Below, piece after piece: positions 1-7,311 of a stretch of DNA of 64,000 bases. A model generated the notes under the pieces. The model saw only the letters and a list, made by a program, of their open reading frames with translations, was not told where the DNA came from and ran no database searches. Each line of letters starts with the position of its first letter. Positions within the stretch are counted from its first letter, which is position 1. The stretch comes from a virus, in IMG/VR virus record IMGVR_UViG_3300007513_000010; one strand, 5' to 3'. A program made the translations under genes and the position numbers.

Positions 1-3
1 ATG

Positions 4-56
4 AAAATAAACAATCCTTTCCTAACAACAAAGCAAAATAAAGGATTGTTTATTTT
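4..56. repeat. Perfect 17-bp inverted repeat (hairpin, 19-nt loop)
   Basis: AAAATAAACAATCCTTT (4-20) is the reverse complement of AAAGGATTGTTTATTTT (40-56). Confidence 0.9.
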
Positions 57-96
57 GGAACAAAAGGTTTACACTTAGAGCCAAGTGGAGTAAATT

Positions 97-119
97 TGTG
101 ACTCCCGCCACCTCCACCA
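97..119 (+). ncRNA. ssrA: tmRNA-type 3' end fragment (T-loop, 3' T-stem strand, alanine-type acceptor strand, CCA)
   Basis: ACTCCCGC-CACCTCC-A-CCA (101-119) closely matches canonical tmRNA 3' ends. The 5' T-stem strand (GCGGG) is absent immediately upstream, so the RNA is interrupted or partial. Confidence 0.6.
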
Positions 120-180
120 ACTTTTCTCTTTTTGGAGACTATTTAATATATGAAGCATAAACTTATAATGGAAAACTGGA
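108..180 (+). repeat. 73-bp direct repeat, copy 1 (RNA 3' tail + CTATTTA motif + first ~10 codons)
   Basis: Identical to 675-747 except for one synonymous G/A in codon 2. Confidence 0.95.
139..145 (+). promoter_or_regulatory. Putative late promoter motif CTATTTA
   Basis: The same motif recurs directly upstream of several gene starts (706, 2456, 3658, 27331, 41694). Confidence 0.65.
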
Positions 181-665
181 GAAATTACTTAATTGAAGAC
201 AAAGAAGAGCCGTCATTATTGCAATCTGAAAAGGGCAAAGACGCCCTTTTCCGGCTCATGCTCGGTGTTAATAGTTTGCATCACGTTGTAACTCCAAGTT
301 CTAATCAATTTAAACCTCCATCACATAGTGCGCGCACTCGGCCTAAATATGCCAAGGGCATCGACATCGGACCCGCGCACGCAAAGCCTGGATATCAGGC
401 CGCGCGAATATTTATTTATCTGGAAATGAAGCAAGGCCTGGCGCAGCTTAGAGAAGGGACAATAAAAGATTATAATAAATGGCTCCGTGGGGGCAATGTT
501 GCCGTATACGGCAAGAAAGTGGAAGCATTCCAGTCCTCGGCCGAAAATTTCTTTAAGCGTCTCGGAGTATCTGGTGAAATGAAACCATGGGCAACGGGAG
601 CTAAGGCCGCGAAAAGAGACAAAAGAGAATTTAGGATTATTTTACAAGTATATTACAAACTATAA
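150..665 (+). CDS. Hypothetical protein with conserved N-terminal leader MKHKLIMENWRNYLIE; putative internal head protein
   Basis: 171-aa ORF; the leader is shared with three neighbouring genes. Confidence 0.75.
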   Translation: MKHKLIMENWRNYLIEDKEEPSLLQSEKGKDALFRLMLGVNSLHHVVTPSSNQFKPPSHSARTRPKYAKGIDIGPAHAKPGYQAARIFIYLEMKQGLAQLREGTIKDYNKWLRGGNVAVYGKKVEAFQSSAENFFKRLGVSGEMKPWATGAKAAKRDKREFRIILQVYYKL

Positions 666-674
666 TTTGATAAA

Positions 675-747
675 CCACCTCCACCAACTTTTCTCTTTTT
701 GGAGACTATTTAATATATGAAACATAAACTTATAATGGAAAACTGGA
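675..747 (+). repeat. 73-bp direct repeat, copy 2
   Basis: Matches 108-180 at an offset of 567 bp; contains CTATTTA at 706-712. Confidence 0.95.
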
Positions 748-1196
748 AGAGATTCTTAAAAGAAGAAGACGAATCTCACTGGGCATCAGATCTTCCAACC
801 CTGGACCCACAAGAAGATGAGCAGCCAATTATTGATTTAGTTAGACAGGCACTCATTGCTGGATTTAATTATTTGAACGCCACCGGCTCAGATCAGGATG
901 ATGCATTACAACGTGTTATACAGACTAAAGTAGAGCTTGATCAACTTCAAGGAACAGCAAAGGAATTTGCAGATAAATTGATTGCAATTAACAAAGATAA
1001 ATTTGGTACCTTGGCGGGCGCCCCCCAATCTTTTGCAGCCGAGGAAGCAGAAGGCCGGGCCGCACCAGCAAAAAATCCACATACAGTCGCCGGCCAACAG
1101 TGGCGCGCCAAATTCGGCAATCGTGAAACCTCTCTTGGTCCTGGTGATATCGACCTGGACAAATCAGAACCAAAGATTCCATCAGGAGGACAGTAG
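717..1196 (+). CDS. Hypothetical protein with leader MKHKLIMENWKRFLKE; putative internal head protein
   Basis: 159-aa ORF; the body is unrelated to the preceding gene after the leader. Confidence 0.75.
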   Translation: MKHKLIMENWKRFLKEEDESHWASDLPTLDPQEDEQPIIDLVRQALIAGFNYLNATGSDQDDALQRVIQTKVELDQLQGTAKEFADKLIAINKDKFGTLAGAPQSFAAEEAEGRAAPAKNPHTVAGQQWRAKFGNRETSLGPGDIDLDKSEPKIPSGGQ

Positions 1197-1197
1197 A

Positions 1198-1845
1198 GTG
1201 AAACTCTTGATGGAAGGTTGGAAGAAATACTTAAAAGAAGGGACATTTTCGCAAAAACTCCTTGACACTGATGATTTCGAAGAGATTGCAACAAAAGATT
1301 TCGGCATGCCCGCAATATCAAAGGAAGAATCAGATATTATACGCCATGGCCACCTCGACATTCCAGCATTGCATGCCGCCGCTCAACAGGCCGGCGCGCG
1401 CCAAATTGATAGAGATTTTTTAATTGCGTGGGTCACCGGGCGCCTTTCACGGTATGGCGGCCCGTCACAAGAAAAAGCTCAGAGAATTTATGGAGATGAC
1501 TCGGCTTATGCGGGAGGCCAACTTTATTCTAAATACAAAGATATCCCAACCAAGTGGGATTCTCAAGAGCAATCCCAGCCTCCACACCAGGGAACTACGG
1601 ATCATCCTTCTGATGGTCTTTCACCTATGTCTCCCAGCGCTGCGGGCACACACGAGGGGGGACTTGAGGGAACCTCTTCCCCGGCATCAAGCCAACCACA
1701 AGGCGCGCCACCTTCAAGGGTCACTGTAGATCAGGTTTTACCAACATTGAAGAGGTTGGTCACAAAAGATTTTAGCACCCCAGAAGGTTCTCAGGCAGCA
1801 AAACAAATACTGCACACTCTTATATCCGCACTAGAACAAGAATAG
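1198..1845 (+). CDS. Hypothetical protein with leader MKLLMEGWKKYLKE (start re-called to GTG 1198)
   Basis: AGGAGGA at 1184-1190 precedes GTG 1198, which is in frame with track ORF 982..1845; the leader motif begins exactly there. Confidence 0.75.
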   Translation: MKLLMEGWKKYLKEGTFSQKLLDTDDFEEIATKDFGMPAISKEESDIIRHGHLDIPALHAAAQQAGARQIDRDFLIAWVTGRLSRYGGPSQEKAQRIYGDDSAYAGGQLYSKYKDIPTKWDSQEQSQPPHQGTTDHPSDGLSPMSPSAAGTHEGGLEGTSSPASSQPQGAPPSRVTVDQVLPTLKRLVTKDFSTPEGSQAAKQILHTLISALEQE

Positions 1846-1848
1846 AAA

Positions 1849-2445
1849 GTGAACAATGAGCAGAAGTTCAAGGTTCTATCTTCCCAAATTCAGATTTTAA
1901 ACAAAGATCTTGAAATGACAGAATATATTATGCAATTCGCCATCGGCGAGTTCGCATCTGCAGTCTCAAGAGTGGAGCAGCCAGATTATAAGCCAGAAGT
2001 TATAGAATCACCTCCAATTCCAGAAGTCGAAGATGACCCAGAAGAAGAAGCTGAGGAGATGGATCTTCCAGAAGAGGCGCCGAAAACTCAGCCAGAACCA
2101 GAGCATAAAAAACTTTTTAAGAAAATAGCAATGCTGTGTCACCCAGATAGGCTGAAAGGTGCCTCCTTGCGAGAAAAAAAGAAGAAAATGGACTTGTTTG
2201 AAAAGGCTAGAAAAGCAATTGTTAAGGATGATTATTATTCTCTAGTATCTGTAGCAGAAGAGTTAAGTATAGAAACTCCACCACCAACAGAGTCTCAATT
2301 ACGATCACTAAAATCAACAATCTTAAAGATTCAGAGTGATTTGACATCAAAAAAAGGATCCTTCGCATGGATTTGGTATCATGAATCAGATCCAGCAAAA
2401 AAGGATAAAATAGTAAAGGCCTATATTAAACAGTTGAAAGTTTAA
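1849..2445 (+). CDS. J-domain (DnaJ-like) protein
   Basis: KKLFKKIAMLCHPDRL is a helix-II + HPD motif, following an acidic/Pro-rich linker. Confidence 0.7.
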   Translation: MNNEQKFKVLSSQIQILNKDLEMTEYIMQFAIGEFASAVSRVEQPDYKPEVIESPPIPEVEDDPEEEAEEMDLPEEAPKTQPEPEHKKLFKKIAMLCHPDRLKGASLREKKKKMDLFEKARKAIVKDDYYSLVSVAEELSIETPPPTESQLRSLKSTILKIQSDLTSKKGSFAWIWYHESDPAKKDKIVKAYIKQLKV

Positions 2446-2455
2446 GATTTCGTTA

Positions 2456-2462
2456 CTATTTA
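2456..2462 (+). promoter_or_regulatory. Putative late promoter motif CTATTTA
   Basis: Intergenic, 6 nt before ATG 2469. Confidence 0.6.
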
Positions 2463-2468
2463 CAATAA

Positions 2469-2636
2469 ATGAAGAAATATTGTATTAAATGTAGGACACC
2501 TGCAAATTTTGTAATTCAGTGGGGCCCCAATGCAGATCAGAAAGAGTATGTCTGCTCATATCATTTGGCAGAAACCGTGGAAGCGATAAAGGCAATTGAG
2601 TTCTTTGTTGTAAAAATAGGAAAAATTGATCCATGA
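2469..2636 (+). CDS. Small putative zinc-binding protein (55 aa, not in ORF track)
   Basis: MKKYCIKC...YVCSYH (CxxC...CxxH). Fills the intergenic gap, and its TGA overlaps the next ATG (ATGA). Confidence 0.65.
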   Translation: MKKYCIKCRTPANFVIQWGPNADQKEYVCSYHLAETVEAIKAIEFFVVKIGKIDP

Positions 2637-3643
2637 AATTGATAATGGAAAGCTGGAGAAAATTTTTGATTGAAAAATTCGATTTCGACGAAACCGACTC
2701 CGAGGACGCGTTTTCTGATCTCGAAAATATTGGGAAAGGCCCTAGTCCTGAGATAATGAAACTTCAACAAAGATTGGAAAAACTCGGGATATCAAAAGAA
2801 GACTCGAAATCATTCATCGACTTTGAAGGAATGTCCGCCACCCGGGGCGCCAGCAAGATAGATACATTAGAAAAAAAGGTTGCAGCACTAGAAAGATTCG
2901 CTAACACTCCTATCAACAAGATGCCTCAAACGATGAAGGTCACCCCCGGTGAAGAAATTGATGTAATACATGGTCGCCGCTCATGGAAAGGTAAGGTTGG
3001 AGATCCGAAAGCACCACCTTGGGTTCAAATGATGATCCCAGGCTGGAAAACAAATAATCCAATTTGGCCAAAGGCACCTATGGATTTAGGTCTTTATGGG
3101 AAAACTATACTTTTTCAAAAGCTTCGTGCAGCAGGTGGGAAGATCCCCCAGGCAGCAGCACAGCAAAAGAAAGCTCCACCCGCGACGGACCAAGAGAAAG
3201 CACAAGCACAGCCCCCGGCTCCGGAGAAGCCCCCAAAGAAAGTCGTACCCCTTGATACCCTTAAAAAAGCCGCAGCCGAAAATCCTGAATTAAGAGGTCC
3301 GCTAAAGAAATTTGTAACAATAAGGCCTCCAAAGAGAGGCATGGTTAGCCTAAAAGACGTCCCCACGCAGTTGAAAAAACCAGTTCAGGCAGCAGTGCAA
3401 AAAGGAGAAGGAACCCCTGGAAAACCAAAAGAAAAAGGACCCTTTAGAAAGGAGCCCAATCTTCCTGCTTATGAAAAGAAACACAAAGGAAAGCCAGTCG
3501 CGGATTTCTCGAAAGACAAGCAGGTGATGAGACAAAGAGGAAAGAAAAGAAAGTTCAGAGCCGCTTACCGCCGCGCCAAAAAAGCAGGAATTAAATATTT
3601 TCACGTCCCGGGCTTGAAGTATAAGATATATGCTGTAGGGTAA
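2633..3643 (+). CDS. Lys/Pro-rich protein with leader MKLIMESWRKFLIE; putative DNA-binding internal head protein
   Basis: 336 aa; shared leader, acidic N-terminus, very basic C-terminus (RQRGKKRKFRAAYRRAKKAG). Confidence 0.7.
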   Translation: MKLIMESWRKFLIEKFDFDETDSEDAFSDLENIGKGPSPEIMKLQQRLEKLGISKEDSKSFIDFEGMSATRGASKIDTLEKKVAALERFANTPINKMPQTMKVTPGEEIDVIHGRRSWKGKVGDPKAPPWVQMMIPGWKTNNPIWPKAPMDLGLYGKTILFQKLRAAGGKIPQAAAQQKKAPPATDQEKAQAQPPAPEKPPKKVVPLDTLKKAAAENPELRGPLKKFVTIRPPKRGMVSLKDVPTQLKKPVQAAVQKGEGTPGKPKEKGPFRKEPNLPAYEKKHKGKPVADFSKDKQVMRQRGKKRKFRAAYRRAKKAGIKYFHVPGLKYKIYAVG

Positions 3644-3657
3644 TTTTTTAATTTATT

Positions 3658-3664
3658 CTATTTA
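3658..3664 (+). promoter_or_regulatory. Putative late promoter motif CTATTTA
   Basis: Intergenic, 4 nt before ATG 3669, with no Shine-Dalgarno sequence. Confidence 0.6.
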
Positions 3665-3668
3665 ATGT

Positions 3669-4346
3669 ATGGCAACTAAGATAAATCCAACAGCTATCGA
3701 TTGGGACGAAATATCCACTGGGACTATTGCGTCAGGAAAGAATCTAGGCCTAGATTCTAATGACAATGTTGTAAAGGCTTCTGTCTCCGGAGGCGGTGGA
3801 GGGTCGGACACTTTTGTGTTGCAATTTCAAGGATATCAGACAAGCACTCTTGGAGATTATTATTATTATAAAACGACCAGCGGATTTAACGGTAGCAGTT
3901 ATCACACAACCGCAACTATAAGTGGTTTTCCAGTTTCCGGAAACTTTACTAATTATCATTTATATTATAGAGCCATTGCGGCCGTAATTCCAGTGGGAGC
4001 AAACTTAACAGGCTGGCAGATTACAGGACTTAAAGAGTCGGGAGGTAGCAATAACTCCCTGTACGACAATAACGCCACTTTGCGTATTTGGAAGGCCGAA
4101 GCTCCGGGTACAGGAACGGGCGACGATGCAGACAGCGACAGCGATGTACCAACAGTAACATCTATAGCAGCAATAGATATAGATGTAAATTCAGATAAGA
4201 TGTTTAATTTTAGTGGCACACTGTCTTCGGGAAACAGTTTTTCGGCGGGTGATGGTATATTTATGACACTACAAAGAACCGATTCCGCTGCTTCTGTTTA
4301 TTCTGATCATTATTGGGTTTTGACTCTTAAATTCGAGCCAACTTAA
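3669..4346 (+). CDS. Putative virion structural/decoration or fibre protein
   Basis: S/T/G/N-rich beta-type composition, LGLDSNDNVVK followed by an SGGGGGS linker, and the late motif upstream. Confidence 0.55.
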   Translation: MATKINPTAIDWDEISTGTIASGKNLGLDSNDNVVKASVSGGGGGSDTFVLQFQGYQTSTLGDYYYYKTTSGFNGSSYHTTATISGFPVSGNFTNYHLYYRAIAAVIPVGANLTGWQITGLKESGGSNNSLYDNNATLRIWKAEAPGTGTGDDADSDSDVPTVTSIAAIDIDVNSDKMFNFSGTLSSGNSFSAGDGIFMTLQRTDSAASVYSDHYWVLTLKFEPT

Positions 4347-4352
4347 TAAAGC

Positions 4353-4381
4353 TTGACATCAACGATCTCGCATGCTATACT
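4353..4381 (+). promoter_or_regulatory. sigma70-type promoter with extended -10
   Basis: TTGACA (4353-4358), 17-nt spacer, TATACT (4376-4381), with TG at 4373-4374. Confidence 0.85.
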
Positions 4382-4409
4382 ATTGATAGAGAAAATTAAG
4401 GGCAGAGAT

Positions 4410-4583
4410 ATGAAAGAATATGTAATAACACTAATTAATACGGACGACAATACAACAAAACTTTTAAAAGTTAAAAGATTAACATTTCCGGAAGCTGTGC
4501 AACAAGCTTATAAGAATAAGAATATTTTAGGATTTAACTGGATGATTAAATCGATTATGGAAATAGAGCCAACAAAGGATTAA
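4410..4583 (+). CDS. Small hypothetical protein (57 aa; start re-called to ATG 4410)
   Basis: The track start (TTG 4353) is the -35 box; the first in-frame ATG after the promoter is 4410. Confidence 0.6.
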   Translation: MKEYVITLINTDDNTTKLLKVKRLTFPEAVQQAYKNKNILGFNWMIKSIMEIEPTKD

Positions 4584-4610
4584 GGACTAGAGTACGAGGA
4601 ATGATAAAAA

Positions 4611-5222
4611 ATGATACGTATTATAGGAAAAATACCACAAAGAGTGACAGTAGCCTGTTCCGGAGGGATAGACTCTATGTCTGTAGTGAATTTTCTTTTA
4701 GATGGGAAAAGGAAAGTTCAATTAGCTTATTTTAATCACGACACACCACATTCCAAAGAAGCGGAAAAATTTGTAAGAGAATATGCAGCTAAAAAAAAGT
4801 TAATTTTAACAATTGGTCGAGTAAAAGGGAACAGAGGAAAGCGATCTTTAGAGGAGTTTTGGAGAGATGAAAGATATAAGTTTTTGACTAGTTTGGGTTC
4901 CTCATATGTTATAACTTGTCATCATTTGGACGATGTTGTCGAGACTTGGCTCTTTAAATCTATCCATGGCAACCCGGGTTTAATTCCATACAAAAGAGAA
5001 CCAAACATTTATCGACCTTTTTTAATGACCGAGAAAAGAGAATTTCTATCTTATGCGGATAGAAAGAAGATAGAGTGGGTTGAAGATCCCTCAAATCGTA
5101 TGACAAAAAATATCATGAGAAATCAGATTAGGCACAACATAGTGCCACAAGTTCTCAAGGTCAATCCCGGGATCAGAACAACAATTCGAAAAAAATTGAT
5201 TGAAATATATCGTAATTTTTGA
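4611..5222 (+). CDS. tilS: tRNA(Ile)-lysidine synthetase, minimal catalytic-domain form
   Basis: PP-loop SGGIDS plus HHLDDVVET, RP, EDPSN and RNQIRH motifs; adjacent to a CAU tRNA. Confidence 0.92.
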   Translation: MIRIIGKIPQRVTVACSGGIDSMSVVNFLLDGKRKVQLAYFNHDTPHSKEAEKFVREYAAKKKLILTIGRVKGNRGKRSLEEFWRDERYKFLTSLGSSYVITCHHLDDVVETWLFKSIHGNPGLIPYKREPNIYRPFLMTEKREFLSYADRKKIEWVEDPSNRMTKNIMRNQIRHNIVPQVLKVNPGIRTTIRKKLIEIYRNF

Positions 5223-5228
5223 TATTAT
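5200..5228 (+). promoter_or_regulatory. Possible sigma70 promoter for the tRNA
   Basis: TTGAAA (5200-5205), 17 nt, TATTAT (5223-5228); an overlapping TATAAT lies at 5226-5231. Confidence 0.45.
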
Positions 5229-5237
5229 AATACTAAT

Positions 5238-5311
5238 GGGCCTCTAGCTCAATAGGTTAGAGCATCCGGCTCATAACCGGCAGGTTCACGGTTCAAGTCC
5301 GTGGAGGCCCA
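5238..5311 (+). tRNA. tRNA-Ile2 (anticodon CAT, lysidine-modified); CCA not encoded
   Basis: Cloverleaf: acceptor GGGCCTC/GAGGCCC, D-stem GCTC/GAGC, loop CT-CAT-AA, T-arm CACGG-TTCAAGT-CCGTG. C4:G69, C5:G68 and the tilS neighbour favour Ile2 over Met. Confidence 0.9.
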
Positions 5312-5336
5312 CTGAATACAAAAAAAGGAGAAAAAA

Positions 5337-5969
5337 TTGAAAGATAAGTTTTGGGGTTCGGAGGAAGAAACAGTACGACCAAACACTGTTCATGAAATGA
5401 CAGCTGAGTCTTTAGGTCACGCCAGTCAGGACCAGAATGTTGTAGAGTTTGCAAATAATAGAATATTTTTCTATTCTGCGGTTACAAGGCCAAAGATTTT
5501 GAAACTAAATAAAGGAATCTATAGTTTAAACGCAAATATGTTAACTAAAGCATCTTTATTTGAATATGATGCACCAAATATTCAACTTCATATTAATAGT
5601 TATGGTGGTTCGGTTTTCGCAGGTCTCGCGGCTGTTGATTATATAAAAAATTCTAAAATCCCCATTGAGACAACCATAGATGGCTGTGCAGCATCAGCTG
5701 CAACATTGATGTCTATAGTAGGTCATAATCGCAAAATGCAGAAAAATTCATGCATGTTGATTCATCAACTTTCAGGCCACATGTGGGGTAAATTTCAGGA
5801 AATGCAAGATGATATGGAAAATTCTGAAATGTTAATGAAGAAGATTATCTCTCTTTATGAGGAGCATACTAAGATTCCTAAGAAAGAGATCAACAATCTT
5901 CTTAAGAGAGATATTTGGTGGGAAGCGGAAACTTGTTTGAAATATGGCTTAGTCGACGAGGTTATCTGA
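5337..5969 (+). CDS. clpP: ClpP-family protease
   Basis: INSYGGSV, CAASAA (catalytic Ser), MLIHQ, and YGLVDEV; AGGAG SD before the TTG start. Confidence 0.9.
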   Translation: MKDKFWGSEEETVRPNTVHEMTAESLGHASQDQNVVEFANNRIFFYSAVTRPKILKLNKGIYSLNANMLTKASLFEYDAPNIQLHINSYGGSVFAGLAAVDYIKNSKIPIETTIDGCAASAATLMSIVGHNRKMQKNSCMLIHQLSGHMWGKFQEMQDDMENSEMLMKKIISLYEEHTKIPKKEINNLLKRDIWWEAETCLKYGLVDEVI

Positions 5970-5970
5970 C

Positions 5971-6273
5971 ATGCCGAGAAGAAAAAAAGAAAGAAGCTTA
6001 ACAGTCGACGAATCGTGGGAAAAGTTATCTGTAATAGTAGAAAAATATCCATTAATGAATTTTGCAAACCATAGAGCGTTTTTTAGAATCAAAGATAACG
6101 TTTTTAGGTTTACGGTAGATCTTATTTCCATGGATTTTTTGATTTCTTTGATGGAGTTAGAAGAAGTTAAGGATGTTTACTTTAATCCAGCACACCCTCC
6201 ACCTGGAGGGTCTATAGATGCAATATCTTTAAGATATAAGATTTATATAGAATATCACAAAATTAGGGACTAG
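5971..6273 (+). CDS. Hypothetical protein
   Basis: 100-aa ORF starting 1 nt after the clpP stop. Confidence 0.65.
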   Translation: MPRRKKERSLTVDESWEKLSVIVEKYPLMNFANHRAFFRIKDNVFRFTVDLISMDFLISLMELEEVKDVYFNPAHPPPGGSIDAISLRYKIYIEYHKIRD

Positions 6274-7042
6274 TCTGCAAAAGGAGGTAACCAGTAACTT
6301 CCATTGTAAACTCTTTTAATATATTGTGTCGAACGACCAGGGATATATGATCGCTCCTAGAAGACACAGCAAACAATATGCCGACTAGTTCAAAATTTTT
6401 GTTTAAAACTCCGGCACCACTGGCTCCCCCTTTTGCTGGTATTGTGGTTATTGAGGTCACCTCATCAACAGCACCTGAATATATACCTTTAAATATGGGA
6501 ACCATAGGTGGATGATAAACACCCCCAGGAGCCGCCATGGATATCAAGTCTTCACCTATTGTTGGAGCATTCTTTGAAATTTTTACTTTTGGGCAAGATT
6601 TTTTAAACCCGGAAACCTTTAGGGCGCATAAGTCACCATTTTTTTGTTCAGGATTGGGGTGTGTGTGCAAAATAACTTCAGCTTTGTGCATTAATCCATC
6701 ATAAAATTGAACAAAAACTTCTTGTTTTTGGGATTTTACAAGAATAGAGAGTTTTGCATTTAATATTGATTCACAAACATGCCCTGCAGTTAATATAATT
6801 GTCTCAGTTATTTTTGGATTTTGAAGGTCTATTATTATTCCTGAGCCCATTGATCTCCAGTTGCCCCCCGGGCATTTTTTATTTTTTGGATCTTTACAAT
6901 CAATTTTTATGGTGTGAAAAACCTTTACAAAGGCTTTGTTTGGTGTTCTAGTTATCGCCGTACTAGGGGCTATACAAGAAGCAGAAGTGAAGAGAAAACT
7001 TAGAAAAAATATTAAAAAAGCTATTTTGTTGTTTTTTAGCAT
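6263..7042 (-). CDS. Trypsin-like serine protease with signal peptide/possible lipobox (start re-called to ATG 7042)
   Basis: Triad motifs ILTAGHVC, GDLCAL and GGASGAGV; hydrophobic N-terminus ending TSASC; ATATTTA lies 6 nt upstream on the minus strand. Confidence 0.85.
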   Translation of the reverse strand: MLKNNKIAFLIFFLSFLFTSASCIAPSTAITRTPNKAFVKVFHTIKIDCKDPKNKKCPGGNWRSMGSGIIIDLQNPKITETIILTAGHVCESILNAKLSILVKSQKQEVFVQFYDGLMHKAEVILHTHPNPEQKNGDLCALKVSGFKKSCPKVKISKNAPTIGEDLISMAAPGGVYHPPMVPIFKGIYSGAVDEVTSITTIPAKGGASGAGVLNKNFELVGILFAVSSRSDHISLVVRHNILKEFTMEVTGYLLLQTSP

Positions 7043-7311
7043 ATATAATAAATATAGATCTAAAGTATTTTTTTTAAAATTAGAAACAAGGAGAATCTTC
7101 AAAATATGTTATTCGAGTTTATTTATATCTTTTTGCTAACTGGCCTCTTAGAATTTTCAATGGATCCAAATTTTTATTTCTATTCTGTAAAATCGGTTTC
7201 ACCACAGACCCAGAAGACCCAGATATTCAAATATCAAAAAACCCCCACGATCTGGCAAAAATACGAAAATTGTGATAATTAGTATGTTATTATAAAACTA
7301 AGGATACCAAC

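Noticed and set aside
982-1197. N-terminal extension of track ORF 982..1845
   Set aside because: It overlaps the 717-1196 gene; the SD and leader motif point to GTG 1198.
5238-5311. tRNA-Met call from the CAT anticodon
   Set aside because: It lacks initiator features (paired G1:C72, no GGG/CCC anticodon stem), resembles bacterial tRNA-Ile2, and sits beside tilS.
6936-7139. 67-aa plus-strand ORF
   Set aside because: It overlaps the protease start and the AT-rich divergent regulatory region, with no supporting signals.
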